A DNA stretch of 63,958 bases, counting the filler, from Octopus bimaculoides (taxonomy: Eukaryota), in the NCBI RefSeq assembly GCF_001194135.2. It is 7 parts of 7 records of this genome, joined end to end, with 100 filler letters (N's around TTAATTAATTAA, not from the genome) between each part and the next. Parts side by side here need not be neighbours in the genome. Positions count along the whole stretch, not along the records: positions 1 to 24,046 come from NC_069001.1; 6 more parts are not named here. One strand, written 5' to 3'. The notes beneath the pieces were generated by a model. The model did no database searches, was not told the DNA's origin, and saw only the letters and a program-made list of their open reading frames with translations. Made by a program: the position numbers and the translations under genes. Below are positions 1 through 14,799 of this stretch, in pieces; positions within the stretch are counted from its first letter, which is position 1; each line of letters opens with the position of its first letter.

Positions 1-1404
1 AGAGAGAGATTTAGGGGAGGGGCAGAGATGGAGAGATGTAAGGGAGCGAGAGAAAGGCGTGAGGGACAGGAGAATCACGGGGGGGGGGTGATACAAGGAA
101 GGAAAAAGGGAAAGGGTGATGAGGGGGTTTGATGATACCTCCTTCCCTCCCTCCCACCTGTCTTGGAGGCCCTGTAAAGGGCGTTGGACATTGCCTTCTT
201 TTCAACTAAAAGTTAAAAAGGTAAAAGCAACCATGTCACAAGGAGGATCAACTCAAACAGACACAGAACACTGTGTGCTTACGAAGAATGGCTCATTAGT
301 ATTTCTTAATTATAAGCACAGGTGTGGCTGAGTGGTTAAGAAGTTTGCTTCCCAACCACATGGTTTTGAGTTCATGTCCCATTGTGGGGCACCTTGGGCA
401 GACAAATGTCTTCTTCTATAGTCCTGGGCTGACCAGATGCATTGTGCTGCATTGAGAGGGGAGAAAACTTGTATGGCAACATGATGCACCTACAGCATGC
501 AAAAGGTTGAGGTTAACCCAGAGGTAAAAAAAGAAAAGAATAAATCTCAGCAAGACCAATCACCATCATCATTTAAGATAGGTTTCCCATGCTAGCAAGG
601 TTGGATAGTTTGACACAGTCCGACAAGCTGCAGCGCCATCAAGCCCTCAACGTCTGCCTAAAGAAAAACCATTTTGCAAACCCAGCCAAACCATTCCAGC
701 AATGATGATGATGATGATGATGATGATTTCAAATTTTGACACAAGGCCAGCAATTTTAAGGGAGGTGGGTAAGTCTATGTTGACTCCAGTGTTCAACTGG
801 TGTTTAATTTTATCGACCCTAAAGGGATGAAAGTTAAAATCAACCTCAGAGGAATCTGAACCCAGAATGTAAAATGACTGGAAGAAAATCCCTCTAAGCA
901 TTTCATCCGACTTGCTAACGATCCTACCAGTTCGCTACCTAATGATTATAACGACAACAGCGACACCAATGGTGGTGATAAATAAATGTGATTGGCTGCC
1001 TAGAATTGTTTCAAGTACTAAAACTTACAGTACTATTTACTAATGCTCGTTTGTTGATATCACATTAGCCACTAATTACAGGCAGTTTTCAACGGTTCCA
1101 GCAATGGCTCCTGTCTCTTCTTCTTCTTCACCCTCCTCTCTGTACCACACATACCACCACTACCTATCCCTCTCCCCAACTCCGACAATCTCAACATATA
1201 ATTAATATTTATCGATAACATAAGACGCTTCCAACTACATGTTGGTCGTCTTCCAACTGTAAGGAAAAAAAAAAAAAGAAATGTTCCATAATCATTGTTT
1301 AATTATCGGACTTTGCTACTTGGTCTGTTCAAAACTACATATTTGCTTTCCGACTCAAGGGGGGGGGGGACAATGATTTGCTCACAATTGTATCTCTGTC
1401 TTGT

Positions 1405-1810
1405 GTTTGTCACTAGCAACTTTAGATTGCCTGTTATCTAGTCTTCCAAGTGTATCACTAACAAGGATAAATATTGCTTTGAAGTCAATCCCTTCAACTT
1501 CGAATGTCACTAGTAACTCTAGATTGCCTGCAAAGTAAACTCGTCACCAACAAATTTTCACTAGCAATTCTAAATTGCCTGTTATTTTGTCTCCCAAACG
1601 TGTCACTAACAGAAATACAGACTGCCTCAAAATTAATCCCTTCACCATCAGAATGTCACTGGCAACTTACCTTTCACCTTCGTAGTGTCACTAGCAATTT
1701 TAGATTGCCTGCTATCTATTCTCCCAAATGAGTCCCTACAAAAATATAGAGATTATCTGAACATTAGTCCCTTCACATTCAGAGTGTCACTAGCAACCTT
1801 CTAAATCCAC
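1405..1810. repeat. Degenerate minisatellite with GTCACTAGCAA..TAGATTGCCTG core
   Basis: Core recurs near 1409, 1506, 1558, 1656, 1686 and 1785, followed repeatedly by ATCCCTTCA..AGAAT. Confidence 0.75.
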
Positions 1811-3190
1811 TCGCAGGGCTTGGTTGGCCTGCTGTGTTAGAAAAAGAAGCCCAAGGTGCCAAGCAATGAAACTGAACTCAAAACACCGTGGTTGAGAAGC
1901 GTATTTCTTAACTACACAGCCACAGAGACAGAGAGTAAGAGGGAAGAGAAAGTGCAAAAAAGAAAACATGAGATGGGATAGGCTCACACTCAAAAGCTAT
2001 TAGTTTTTACTTGTGAGAAACGGAAACGGTTAACAAAGACACTTCAAACATAGACCTTCTTTGGAACATTGGCAGAGAAAAGAGAAAAAGGAAGAGAAAA
2101 TACATAATAAGGGGTAAATAAATAAAAGGAAGAACTGAGATAAAACTGCCAACATGCATTGCTGTGTTGAGTGTAGTGGTGGAGGTGGTGGCAGGGAAGG
2201 GGACAATGGTGGCAACAGGGGAGATGGTTAGGGTTAGCAGGAAGGGCATTGGTAATGGTCCCGGAAAAATGGCATGAACATCACAGCTTCACCAGGTACC
2301 AAATCCCAACTACCATCTGGTGAGCTCTGAGAGGTCTTTCCAGACTAAAGAAATAATAAACACAGCCATCTCAAATGACAAAGGAGAGCCTCTATGTGGT
2401 TGTCCAGCAAGCCAGAAATAGCAGCCAAATCTTTTTTAAATCACACAAGATAAATAAAAAGGTAACATCAGATGATATCATGGTGGATATATCAAGTCTG
2501 GAAGAATAGAAAAATGGGATGGTCATGGTTGGAAGGTCTGATCAGAGGCCAGATAGATCAGTATTGAGTAGGGATTGAATGACAATGATAAAATAGCAAA
2601 AAAAGATGAAAAATAGTAAAGGAATAGGCATGTGAGCCACAACATCCAGGAAACTAAAAATAGGGGGGACAGGGTCCTCAACCCCCTACCCCTATGTCAG
2701 AAGGAAGAATGAGTGAGTGTTAAAGTGCACTTAACTGTTTCTCTTGCCCTCATCAGAGAATGTGGTTGACAAGTGAAACAGTAGCTGTGGTGGGGGTGGA
2801 ATCTGGGGCACAAGATTGCCCCCTTTGAAAAATTGCGATGAAAACCGTTTTAATTAAAGTGAATAAAGAAGAAAAACAAATTCCTTTAATATTAGAAATT
2901 TAATATGTTTATCTCAAGTCAACTCTGGGTGTGTGTATAAAATCCACAAATTATACATACACACATAACCACACACATACACACATATATATACCAACAT
3001 ACACAGCCACATACACAAATAAAATTTATATATACATACACACAACATATATATATATTAGATATCTATATATACATACACACACAATCAACATATATAT
3101 ACACACACACACACACACACAGTGTATTTACATGTGTGTACATATTACATATAGCGAAGCAGAACACATACAATCATCCACGCACGACAT

Positions 3191-3227
<37 letters not shown>

Positions 3228-3466
3228 TAGGGTGTACATTTAGGATGTTTACATCTCAACAAGTCATGTGCAACCTTCCTTATGTCCAATAATGCACATG
3301 TGTGTGACAGAGAGGCTGGAGAAGGAGGAGGAGGAGAAAGGATTAGGGGTTGAGAAGATGGCAGGGTGTAACAGAAGAAAAGTTTAGGCAGAAAGAAGAG
3401 GGAAGGAGTAGGGGGGGAGGAAGAATATTTGACATCATTTAATTTGCAAAATTTATTATTTTTATT

Positions 3467-3497
<31 letters not shown>

Positions 3498-3563
3498 TCA
3501 TTATTATTATCATTATTATTATTATTATTATCATTATTATCATTATTATTATTATTATTATTA

Positions 3564-3612
<49 letters not shown>

Positions 3613-4007
3613 NNNNNNNNNNNNNNNNNNNNNNNNNNNNNNNNNNNNNNNNNNNNNNNNNNNNNNNNNNNNNNNNNNNNNNNNNNNNNNNNNNNNNNNN
3701 NNNNNNNNNNNNNNNNNNNNNNNNNNNNNNNNNNNNNNNNNNNNNNNNNNNNNNNNNNNNNNNNNNNNNNNNNNNNNNNNNNNNNNNNNNNNNNNNNNNN
3801 NNNNNNNNNNNNNNNNNNNNNNNNNNNNNNNNNNNNNNNNNNNNNNNNNNNNNNNNNNNNNNNNNNNNNNNNNNNNNNNNNNNNNNNNNNNNNNNNNNNN
3901 NNNNNNNNNNNNNNNNNNNNNNNNNNNNNNNNNNNNNNNNNNNNNNNNNNNNNNNNNNNNNNNNNNNNNNNNNNNNNNNNNNGGGCAATAAAGGAATTAT
4001 TATTACT

Positions 4008-4165
4008 CTCAGAGTGGTTGGCGTTAGGAAGGGCATCCAGCTGTAGAAACTCTGCCAAATCAGATTGAAGCCTGGTGTAGCCATCTGGTTTCACCAGTCC
4101 TCAGTCAAATCGTCCAACCCATGCCAGCATGGAAAGCGGACATTAAACGATGATGATGATGATGA
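4008..4165 (+). mobile_element. Family C retroposon 3' end with (ATG)n tail (RTE-like tail, inference)
   Basis: GAGTGGTTGGCGTTAGGAAGGGCATCCAGCTGTAGAAA...GCATGGAAAGCGGACATTAAACGATGATGAT. Other copies at about 560-650(-), 6730-6900(-), 8955-9110(+), 10665-10830(-), 16560-16640(-). Confidence 0.7.
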
Positions 4166-4704
4166 TTAATGCAGTGAGCTGGCGGAATTGTTAGCATGCT
4201 GGACAAAATGCTTAGCAGTATTTCACCTGTCTTTATGTTCTGAGTTCAAATTCTGCTGAGGTCGACTTTATTTTTCATTCTTTCAGGGTTGATAAATTAA
4301 GTACCAGTGAAACACTGGGGTCGATATAATCAACTAGCCGCTCCCCCAAAACTGCTGCCCTTGTGGAAACATTTGAAACCACTATTATTATTATTATTAT
4401 TAAGGCAGGGAGATGGTAGAATTGTTAGCATGCTGGACAAAGGAGCTTAGTGGCATTTTGTCCATCTTTATATTCTGGGTTCAAATGCTGCAGGGGTCAG
4501 AAGGTCACAAGGTATTTTATTCCACACTCTAAATGAAGTGCATGGGAGAGTGTGTTTGCATGTCCACATGTTGCGTGCATGTGCCCAACCACATGTGCCA
4601 ACAAGAGGATTGACCAATGCCAGCCAAGGTGTCAATGTAGACAAACCCTTTGACAAATCCGCATGTCAGATTAAGACCGACAGAATTATAGCTGTGTGTG
4701 TGTA

Positions 4705-4763
<59 letters not shown>

Positions 4764-4911
4764 ACTTATTTTACCTGGAGATAATTACAAGATTAAGGAT
4801 GGTTTAAGTAGTTCAGACTGCGATACATGGATGGATGGGTGGATGGATGGATGGATGGATTGTTGATTTTATTTTTGTTGTTGTAGTTTAGCCAAACGTC
4901 AACCAGCTGAC

Positions 4912-5034
4912 CTAAAGTCTGAGAGATGTCCCAGCAGCCGTGAACAATCTCAGCCTTTGTTCGGACCACAATGTATTTAAGACCATATATTATTATTCCA
5001 ATGTGTCCAGACAGTAGAGTGTAAATCCAAAGAG
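4912..5034 (-). CDS. Candidate 123-nt symmetric (phase 1-1) exon
   Basis: CCCACAG acceptor and TAG|GTCAGC donor. Only one open frame, LWIYTLLSGHIGIIIYGLKYIVVRTKAEIVHGCWDISQTL. Phase-compatible with 11127-11218. Confidence 0.2.
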
Positions 5035-5501
5035 CTGTGGGTGTTATTTCTAGCAGATTGAGCAATAACAGCCTCATTTGCTTGTTTATCTCAAAGAGAG
5101 AGAGAGAGAGAGAAAGAGAAGGAAAGAAAGAGAAAGATAACGGAATTAGTAGAAGAGAGAAAGAGAAGGAAAGAAAGAGAAAGATAACGGAATTAGTAGA
5201 AAAGAGGAAAATGACAAGGAAAGGCCAAGTATATTTGCTAACAAAGAGATGCCTTTGTTAATTAGCTGCGTTGCCGTGGAAACGGGTGTTATAAGGAATA
5301 AGAAATGTAATTACACATGAAACATCACAAAGTACACAAACTGATAGGGAGGGGGTGGGGTGGATTATAGTGGGGGGTGGAGAATAATAATAAACTGGAC
5401 ACTTTAGTGTTGACTTTTATTTTCAATCGTTATGTTATCTTTCGCTTGCTACAGTCATTGGATTGCGGCCATGCTAGGGCATCATCTTCAAGGGTTTAGT
5501 T

Positions 5502-5732
5502 CAGTAGTTTTCAACCAGGGTCCATATGATCTTTGGGGAGCGGGGCCTATACAAAATTTTATTGTTAAAATTTACATCCAATAAATCGATTATACTTTAA
5601 CAATGCACAATATTTTGACAATTTTTTTTTTTTATACAATTCCTAATAATATTTAATTCTAAAAATATAAACAGGCTAAGAGGGTCCAACTGAATAAAAT
5701 AGGAATTAGAAGGGGCCCATGGGTAAAAGCTG
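5502..5732. mobile_element. hAT-type MITE inserted in a SINE
   Basis: Starts CAGTAGTTTTCAACC and ends with degenerate GGTAAAAGCTG. 8-bp TSD GTTTAGTT (5494-5501) / GTTCAGTT (5733-5740). Splits a family-A SINE tail. Confidence 0.65.
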
Positions 5733-6121
5733 GTTCAGTTGAACAAACTGGCCCCACGAGTTCCTTTTTTTTTCTTTGCATATCTGGTATTTATGCTATT
5801 AGTCCCTTATTGAAACCCTTAAGTTACAGGGATGTAAACAAACCAACATTGCTTCCTGCTCTTCATGTTCTGAGTTGAAATCCCTGACTTTGCTTTTTCA
5901 TAATTTCAGGATTGATAAAAAAAAAAGTACCAGTTGAGCGCTGGGGTCAATGTAATTGAATTCCACCCACACTCCAAATTTTTAGGCTTTGTACCTATAG
6001 CAGCATGGTTCTGGGTTCAGTTCCACTGCTCAGCACCTTGGGCAAGTGTCTTTTACTATAGCCTCGGGCTGACAAAAGCCTTGTGAGTGGATTTGGTAGA
6101 CGGAAACTGAAAGAAATCTGT

Positions 6122-6171
<50 letters not shown>

Positions 6172-7075
6172 GAGTGTATGGAAAGTGTTGAGCCTCAAAA
6201 AAACAAAACATGGTTCAAGATTTCTGATGAAGGCTTCAAGACTCAAAATATTTCATACATCCCTCGTATATATGTACATATGTATGTATGTATGTATTTG
6301 TGTCTGTGTTTGACCCCCACCATGGTAGTGGAAGTAGTATTGGCTATGGTGGTGGTGGAAGTAGTACTGGCTATGGTGGTAGTGTCAGTAGGATTGGTTG
6401 AGGTGGTAGTAGGGAAGACAGTAGTACTGGCCGTAGTAGAGATGCCAATAGCAATATCGATGCTGGTGGTAGCAGCAACATTGTTGAGGAAGCAGTTTGA
6501 TGTCCAAGTTGAAAGTGATCAGAGGAAATATCCTATCATATCATATCATATACATACATAGTCAATACTTTATCAGAAACCAGTGATAGACTTTCATATA
6601 TTATTGATAATATATTGATAGATTGATTGGTTTGCCTGTTGTTGTTGTTCTATTGATGAGATGTACATTTATGCCATCTGGTGCATTCATCAAAATATTC
6701 CAGTGAAGGAAGAAAGTCAGTTGATTAGATATCATCATCATCATTTAACGTCCATCATTCATGCTGGCATGGGTTAGATGGCTTGACAGGGGCTGGCAAG
6801 CCAGAGGATGGCACCGAGTCCCCACTGTTTATTTTGGAATGGTTTTCATGGATGGATACCCTTCCTAACTCCAACCACTTTACAGGGTGGACTGGGTGCA
6901 TAGTATAATACAAGAGCAGCTGTGTGGTAAGTAGCTTGCTTCCCAACCACATCGTTCCAGGTTCAGTTCCACTGCGTGGCACCTTAGACAAGTGTCTTCC
7001 ACTATAGCCTCGGACCAACCAAAGCCTTGTGAGTGGATTTGGTAGATGGAAACTGAAAGAAGCCCGTTGTGTGTG

Positions 7076-7187
<112 letters not shown>

Positions 7188-10131
7188 ATTAAACCCTTTG
7201 GCATAAGTGAATTAGTCATTCGCTTGAAGATCATACACGTGTGCATGAAACCAATGGTAGCAGATACAGGTCATAAAATATGAATTCTATTACTATTGAG
7301 CATTTTTATGTTGACCTCATTTTTTATATATTCTATACACACACACACACGAGAGGGTTAGGAGATATGGAAGGAGGGGGGAAAGGAGAGAGAGAGAGAG
7401 AGAGAGATATAGATGTGCAAAAAAGTACAAAAAGAGGTAAGTTTCTACTTCAATGACCACCACCACCGCCTGGTCAGCTAGGAGTCATTCTAGCATGACT
7501 TTCCAGATAATAGCATTTGCAATATTTCCCAATGGAAGAATGGAATAGTTTTGGGTCTTGGAAACACTCAGGCGGTCTCTCTTCAGTTTTGTTTTTACCA
7601 ATTCCACAACCATTACTGCCATCATAATATAACCACCACCACCACCACCACCACCACCACCACCATTAACAATAATGATGGCAATGATAGTGGTGGTTGT
7701 GGTGGTAGCAGTTATGATACTGGTGGTTGTGATGCTGGTGATGATGATAGTGGTAGCAATGATGATGATGATGATGATGATGATGATGGTGATGATTAAA
7801 GTGAAACAATATTCTTTGATTTGATTGGGGTTTTTTTCTTTACTTATTTTCTTTTAATCAATTTGTTGGGGTTTTTTTTTATTGTTGCTTTTCAGTGCTT
7901 TTTTTTTGTTTTTTGTTCTATTTATTTATTTTCAAATAAACATTCGCTGTTCATTGCCACATGAAAGACGATTGAAGAAACAATTGATGCTTCAGTTGGT
8001 TGAAATATTCCTGGTGATAGCAGAAGAATATGTTGTATGTATGTGGGGTGGAGGGATGGTTTGTAGTGTAAATATCTAAGAGGAAAGAATCTAGAAGAAG
8101 AAAGGAAGAAAGAACTAATGAAGAAAACAGAAAAATGGAGAAGGAATGGAAAGAGAAGATGGAGAAAATGAAAAGGAAAAAGAAGATGGAGAGGAGGATG
8201 GGAAAGACATGGATGGAGACGGGAAGAGGGAGAGAGAGAGAGAGAAGGAAAATGGAAGTGGAGAGAAGGATGAGGAGGAGGAGATTGTGAAGAAGGTAAA
8301 AAGGCAAGAAAGGAGAACACGAGGAAAGAAGAGAAAGAGGCAGGGAAAAGGGAAGGAAAGCGAATGATGTGGAGAAAAAGAAGGGGGGGGGACGAGAAAG
8401 AGAGAGAGTAGAATAGGGGGAAAGAGAGGAAGGGGGAAAGAGAGAGAAGGGAGAAGAAAGGGGAAGAGAGGAGGGAGAGGGGAAGGGGTGGGTGGAAAAC
8501 AATAGAAAGATAGAGTTCCAAGATCAATACTTGGTGTTGATATTCAAAGAACATTAGCCATCATTGTTTTGGCAACACTTCACAGTCCTTCCACTACTAC
8601 CCATACCATTATTCCACAACACACCACATATACTACACTACGGTACCAACATCCCATAAAACACACAACAACGACGACCACCACCAAAGTTCAAATCATA
8701 CAGTGCAGAGATGTCAGTCTCCAGCAAAGCTCTCGAGGATCCGACAAGATAGACATAGGCAGGTAGAAATGTAGGAAGGAAGGAAGAATAACATAAGCAG
8801 GTAAGTAAATTAAAAAAAACAGGTAGACAAACAGACACAGAGAAACAGATAAACAAAGGAAATGCATTAGCTGACTTTCTATTCAGTAAAGGTTTTCAAA
8901 ACAAAGGCATCTGAAGAAAATTGGCTGCCTACGAAATGGACACATCCTGGCAGTTACACTCTTGAGTGGTTGGCATTAGGAAGGGCATCCAGTCACAGAA
9001 AACCATGCCAAATCAGACAGGAGTCTGGTGCAGCCTTCCAGCATACCAGCCTAGTCAAATCGTCCAACCCATACCAGCGTGGACACTGGACGTTAAATGA
9101 TGATGATGATGAATATGGAAGCACGTACAAGTCTTGTGTTCATCTGCTTCACGGAGTAGTAATAGCTAGCTGGTATTTTTGAAAATCCCTTTGAATGCAC
9201 GAGATATTCACCGATAGGACACAGAAACACATACATGCGGATAGACAGACCTGCATTTGCACACAGATATATGTACAAATACAACCACACACACACACAC
9301 GCAAATCACAAACACATGCAGATAGAGAGACAGATAGACATATGCACAGACATAGATTCACATAGAAAGAGGTATACATGCAGACGCATATGCCCACACA
9401 CCAGTAAGCTCTCCTTCCACAAGTTCTGTCAGCAAAGAGCGAGGAAAGAAAAAGAAAAAGAAAAAGAAAAGGGAGGGAAAAAGAAGAGAAGAAAAGAACA
9501 GAATGCAAATTCTATAATTTGAAGAAATGTAAGAATTCCAAGATGGAAGTGGCTTGAAGATAACAAGAGTTACAGGGAGGAGAAGCAATGTGTGTGTGTG
9601 TGTGTGTGTGTGTTTTTGTATGCATATTTATATTTATTGGAGCAACAATATATGTGAGAGAGTGCGTGTATGTATATACATACGTACACATATATGCGTA
9701 CATCTATGTGTATGTCACATGAAAAGCAAATACACACACACATCTCTATTTTATATATTAGATATACACCCACACACACACCTACACACACATGTGCATA
9801 CACATATGTGCATACATACATATATATGAGATTAAAATATTATCTGAATACCAGAATCCGGAGATTATACAGTCTTAAAGAACTGAAAAGGTCACCAGTA
9901 GGTAAGAGAGGGGTGGTGTGTTCTTGGAGGGATACAAAGATATTAGTGGGAACTGCAAGGGAGAAAGGGGAAAGAGAGTTGAATAAGGGGCAACATGCAA
10001 AAGGGGCTGCAAAAGAAAGAATACCTAAGCACAGCTGACTATGTTAGCGCTCGTTCGACTATTGTGAAAGAGGAGTCTACAGATTTACAGAATGAAGAAT
10101 ACTGGAGCTATCTTTTAGTTTTTTGTTTTTG

Positions 10132-10343
10132 TTTGTTTGTATCAGTCCTTGAACTGTGGCCATACTGGAGCACTGCCTCGAAGGGTTTCAGTTGAATAAA
10201 TTGACCCAAGTACTTATTTTATCAGTTTCTTTTGCTGAACTGCTAGAGACATAAGCAACCCAACACTAGCTGTTAAGAGGTGGGGGACAGACACATACAT
10301 GGATGAATATATGTATGTATGTATGCATGTATCTGTGTATGTA

Positions 10344-10398
<55 letters not shown>

Positions 10399-10414
10399 GC
10401 ATGTATGTATCTGT

Positions 10415-10462
<48 letters not shown>

Positions 10463-10640
10463 ATATATATATACACACGACAGGCTTCTACACAGTTCCC
10501 ATCTACCAAATTCACTCACAAAGCATTGGTTGGCCTAGGGCTATAGTACAAGACTACTTGCCTAAGGTACCATACAGTGGGACTGAACTGAAGACCTCAT
10601 GGTTGCAAAGCAAGCTTCTTAACCACACAGCCATGCCTGC
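10132..10640 (-). mobile_element. tRNA-derived SINE family A, full-length copy
   Basis: tRNA-like head with GGTTCAG box, CORE-like ACCTTGGGCAAGT, TGTGAGTG(G/A)ATTTGGTAGA block, internal (TA)/(CA) microsatellite and conserved tail. Probably one of the octopus OK/OR SINE families (inference). Confidence 0.8.
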
Positions 10641-11126
10641 ACCTATATATGTGTAGCGACCTTCCTCGTCATTTAACGTCCACGTTCCAATGCTGGTAAG
10701 GATTGGATGGTTTGGTAGGACCTGATGGGTCCAAGCACTGTATCGTGCTCCAAGTCAGCTCCGGCATGGTCTCTATGGCTGGATGCCCTTCCAAATGGAC
10801 TGAATGCTTTTTGTAGACCAATGAGCACTAGTCAGGTCACCATGCTGCTTACAAGACTACGAAGCCCAAGAGAGGGGTTGGCTTTATGCTGGAAGATGAG
10901 GGGTTGGGGAAGAACAGGTTAATGTAGAGACCCTAAAACCACATGGTTGGGAAGCAAGCTTCTTACCACACAGCCACACCTCTGCTTATCTATGCTGACT
11001 CTGCTAGTTTGCCTCTCCTACTCATCGCCATCATTTCACTGTCTCTTCAGTAAGAGGCTGAAATAGCAAATCCTTTCGATTCTTTCTTCATATCTACACA
11101 TTCTCCTTAAAGCCACAATTCTTTAC

Positions 11127-11218
11127 CTGGAGAAGGGAGGTGGTGGAATTTCAGAATTCCAATACGAAAATTGGATTTTAAGTTGAAAACTTCTCCATCA
11201 ATATTCACACGGTGTTGG
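11127..11218 (-). CDS. Candidate internal exon of an unidentified gene
   Basis: AG acceptor at 11219-11220 and CAG|GTAAAG donor. A single open frame, QHRVNIDGEVFNLKSNFRIGILKFHHLPSP. No family recognised. Confidence 0.35.
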
Positions 11219-11384
11219 CTAAATTTATTTTGGAAATATTGATTTTAACAACGCTAATGTTAAATTAATAGAAGGCTGTTTATGTTATGCAATAAATTGT
11301 GTTGTATATGAAACTGCATTTCTTTCTCTCTCTCTCTCACCATAAGTAGGGGAGGGGGAATTGGGACGAATTGAAGAAGAGGTG

Positions 11385-11538
11385 AACAGGCTGTGTGGTT
11401 AAAAAGTCTGCTTTGCAATCAAGTAGCGTCAGGTTCAGTCCCACTACACAGCACCTTCACCAAATGCTTTCAACTATAGCCTCAGGTCAACCAATGCCTT
11501 ATGAGTGAATTTGGGAGATGGAAACTGTGAGAAGCCAG

Positions 11539-11583
<45 letters not shown>

Positions 11584-11730
11584 TATATGGCTCTCCACCC
11601 ATCATCTGAGAATCAGTGTTGGTTTGTTTACATCCTTGTAAGTTAGCAGTTCAGCAAAAGGACCAATAGGAGGAGTACCAGTGTTAAAATAGGTAGCAGG
11701 GTCAATTTCTACAACACCTTAACCACTGGA
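11385..11730 (+). mobile_element. SINE family A, diverged copy
   Basis: Head GCTGTGTGGTTAAAAAG...GGTTCAGTCCCACT, internal (GT)n, partial tail. Confidence 0.7.
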
Positions 11731-13050
11731 CTAGGTGTACCCAACGATAACTAACAAGGTCAATGAAACAAGCAGCAATAAAGTAAGTATTGAGAGGAGC
11801 GGTCCATTTATAATCACCTGTACTTTTCCCAAGAAGGCAATGTGCTCCAGCCTGGCCACAGAGCAATGACTGAAACTAATAAGCCAGTTATGAAATAAGA
11901 CACAGACCCAACAGGACAACAGCTGATTAACGACCTCACTGGTTTAGACAGCCATGACTGTGCGGTTATTGCAATCACAGGTTTTGGGTTCAGTCCTACT
12001 GCATGGCACCCTGGACAAATGTCCCCTACTATTGTCGAGTTATATTTATTATTTACTATTTTCTTTTTATTATTTCACTTGAAACTATGGCAATGGTGAG
12101 AACAACTCAGTAACCATTCACACGGATAACCAGCCACAAAGTAAATAGTATTGTGAAATAGGTAAAAAGTGATTGAGTCACACACACACACAGATACAGA
12201 TACAGGCAGACAGACAGACAGACACCTCTTCTAAAATAGTGTTAGACACCATTAAAATGCAGAAAGGTTTGAAGTGCGGATTAGATGTGAGACATATTCA
12301 AAGCATAAAGACGCAAAGGATATAGAACGAAACTGGTGCGATGAAAGATAAAGAAATAAACACACACACTATTATGTGATGCAAAACAATACCAGCTTTT
12401 GTTTGAAGTGTGTTGTGTGTTAGGTTTGTCACGTAAGGCAAACAAGAATTACAAATACATGTACACACACATGCATATGTTTATGCATATATACATGCCC
12501 ATACACATACACACAGACGCCTAAACTGTAACCCCAAAAAGTACTTTTCACGATGTAGTCCATGCAATACCAGCTCAGAATGTATAATAAAACTCTTGTA
12601 CCTGTTTTTGTCTTTTGTTTGCTCTCTCTCTTTGTTTGATAGAGGACTAGTTGGCTCAGTTTACAAACCTTTCTTGCAACATTCCAGTCACATGTTTGTA
12701 GTACCAGAGCTGTGATTTCTCAGTGCAAAGAAGCAACAGCTTGAGGTGACATTTTATAATAAGCCAGAGGTTCTTTCCATTGCCAGCGCTTACCTGTTTT
12801 TAAAGCAAGCAGGTTTTTTCTTTTGTTCCACAGGTTTGTGAAAGCACAAAGCAATCAGTCACAGATTCAACAAGAAATGTCAACATTGCCATATCAAATG
12901 ACAAGGACAAGTGTGGAATACAAGCATTCTTGCACATTCACACACAAAAACATAACTGATCTTGGTGGGATTTGAGCACAAAGGGCATGGCTGAAATAAA
13001 TACCACAAGGCATTTTGTCCTATAATCTAACAACTTTACCAATTTGTCCT

Positions 13051-13470
13051 TTAACTCTTTAGCATCTGGCTAAAATATTCTACCAGTTTTATGTTCAAAC
13101 TTACCAGATCTGGCCTCTTGTGCCTACCCTACAATGTCATTCTAAGAGTAAAACAACTACTTCATCAGAAGTTTGAAGCTTCAAGATAAAGCATGATTAA
13201 TACAAAACAATATGAATAAATAAGAATTATATTCGAGAGAGAAATCTGAATGCCAGAGGGTTAAACCAGCCATATTTAGCCCAAAATATTGTGTGTTTTA
13301 TGTTCAAAGTGCCCACATCTGGCCTCTCACACTTACCCTACAATGTCATTCTAAAAATAAACTGTTACATCATTGAAATCTCAAAGCTACAAGATAAAGC
13401 ATGATTAATTCAAAACGTGAATAGATAAGCATTGCATTTGATAGAATAATTTGAATGCTGAAAGGGTTAA
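13051..13470. mobile_element. piggyBac-like (TTAA) MITE, internally dimeric
   Basis: TTAA-CTCTTTAGCAT ... ATGCTGAAAGGG-TTAA ends. An internal ATGCCAGAGGG-TTAA at about 13250-13264 separates two related units of about 200 bp. Confidence 0.65.
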
Positions 13471-13755
13471 GTAACAAGGTCATATATTTTAAGGGAGAGT
13501 CTAGTTGATCCCTTTAGCCCTTGGTACTTATTCAGTTGTGCACTTAAAGGATGGGAAGTGAAGTCAACCTTGACAGGATTTAAACTCTGAAAGTAAAAAG
13601 GACATAACTGAAAAGAGGAAGGCATTTGGTTTGCCATGAAAGGAATTGTGGAATTGTGGCATTTAATCAGAGTTTAAAACCGTTTTTCTTATGCTTAACA
13701 TGAAATGTTTCCAACCATCAGGTAGAGAAAGACGGAGAGATATACGTGTCTGTGT

Positions 13756-13789
<34 letters not shown>

Positions 13790-13879
13790 AGACTGTCACT
13801 GTGACATATAGCTGTGTGTGGGTGGATGTGTGTGTGTGTGTAGACAGATAAAAAGACAGTGACGGGGTGGAGGAGAGAA

Positions 13880-13914
<35 letters not shown>

Positions 13915-13968
13915 AAGAGANNNNNNNNNNNNNNNNNNNNNNNNNNNNNNNNNNNNNNNNNNNNNNNN

Positions 13969-14000
<32 letters not shown>

Positions 14001-14646
14001 ACAGATGGGGAGAGAAAGAGTGACAGAGGGGAAAGAGAGAGAGTGACAATGGGGGGAGAGGAGGAGAGAGGGGGGATAGAGAGAGGGGGAGGGGTAGTAA
14101 CAGAGAGAGCAATAGTGAGAGAGAGACAGAAAGAAAGAAAGAAAGGTACATACATCAATAAAATGCTAATAACCGACAGAGAAGTAATCGGTGCTGAAAT
14201 GCTGCACTGGCAGAAATACATGGAAATCAGTTGTGCAAGTGAATGTGCATTTACGTGCAAGTGAATGTGCACATGCATGCAAGCATGAGGACACAGACGA
14301 TTCCCCCCTTGGTCACATTGGTTGATTAAAAGCTGAAACGGAAAGTTTTATGTAACTTGAATCATATGTAGTTATATAGATATATATATATATATATAGA
14401 TATATATACACACACATATATATACCTTAGATATACAAATACAAATATATATATTTGCATATACTTGTATTAAGCATATACATAATATGCACACATGTAA
14501 GAGTGTCAATATACGTATATATATCTACACACACACACAACCAAACATAACCATGTGCGTGTATATATATATATTTACATACAAATATAGCTGTATATAC
14601 ATACATACACAAATATAGCCATATATATATATACACAAAAACAGCC

Positions 14647-14679
<33 letters not shown>

Positions 14680-14761
14680 TAAAGACACAAACAGCCGGAT
14701 ATATACATATATATATACACACAAACATAGCCGTATGCATACATATACACACAGACATAGC

Positions 14762-14799
<38 letters not shown>

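Noticed and set aside
319-450. tRNA gene-like sequences here and at other GGTTC boxes
   Set aside because: They continue into SINE bodies and lack complete cloverleaf or acceptor stems.
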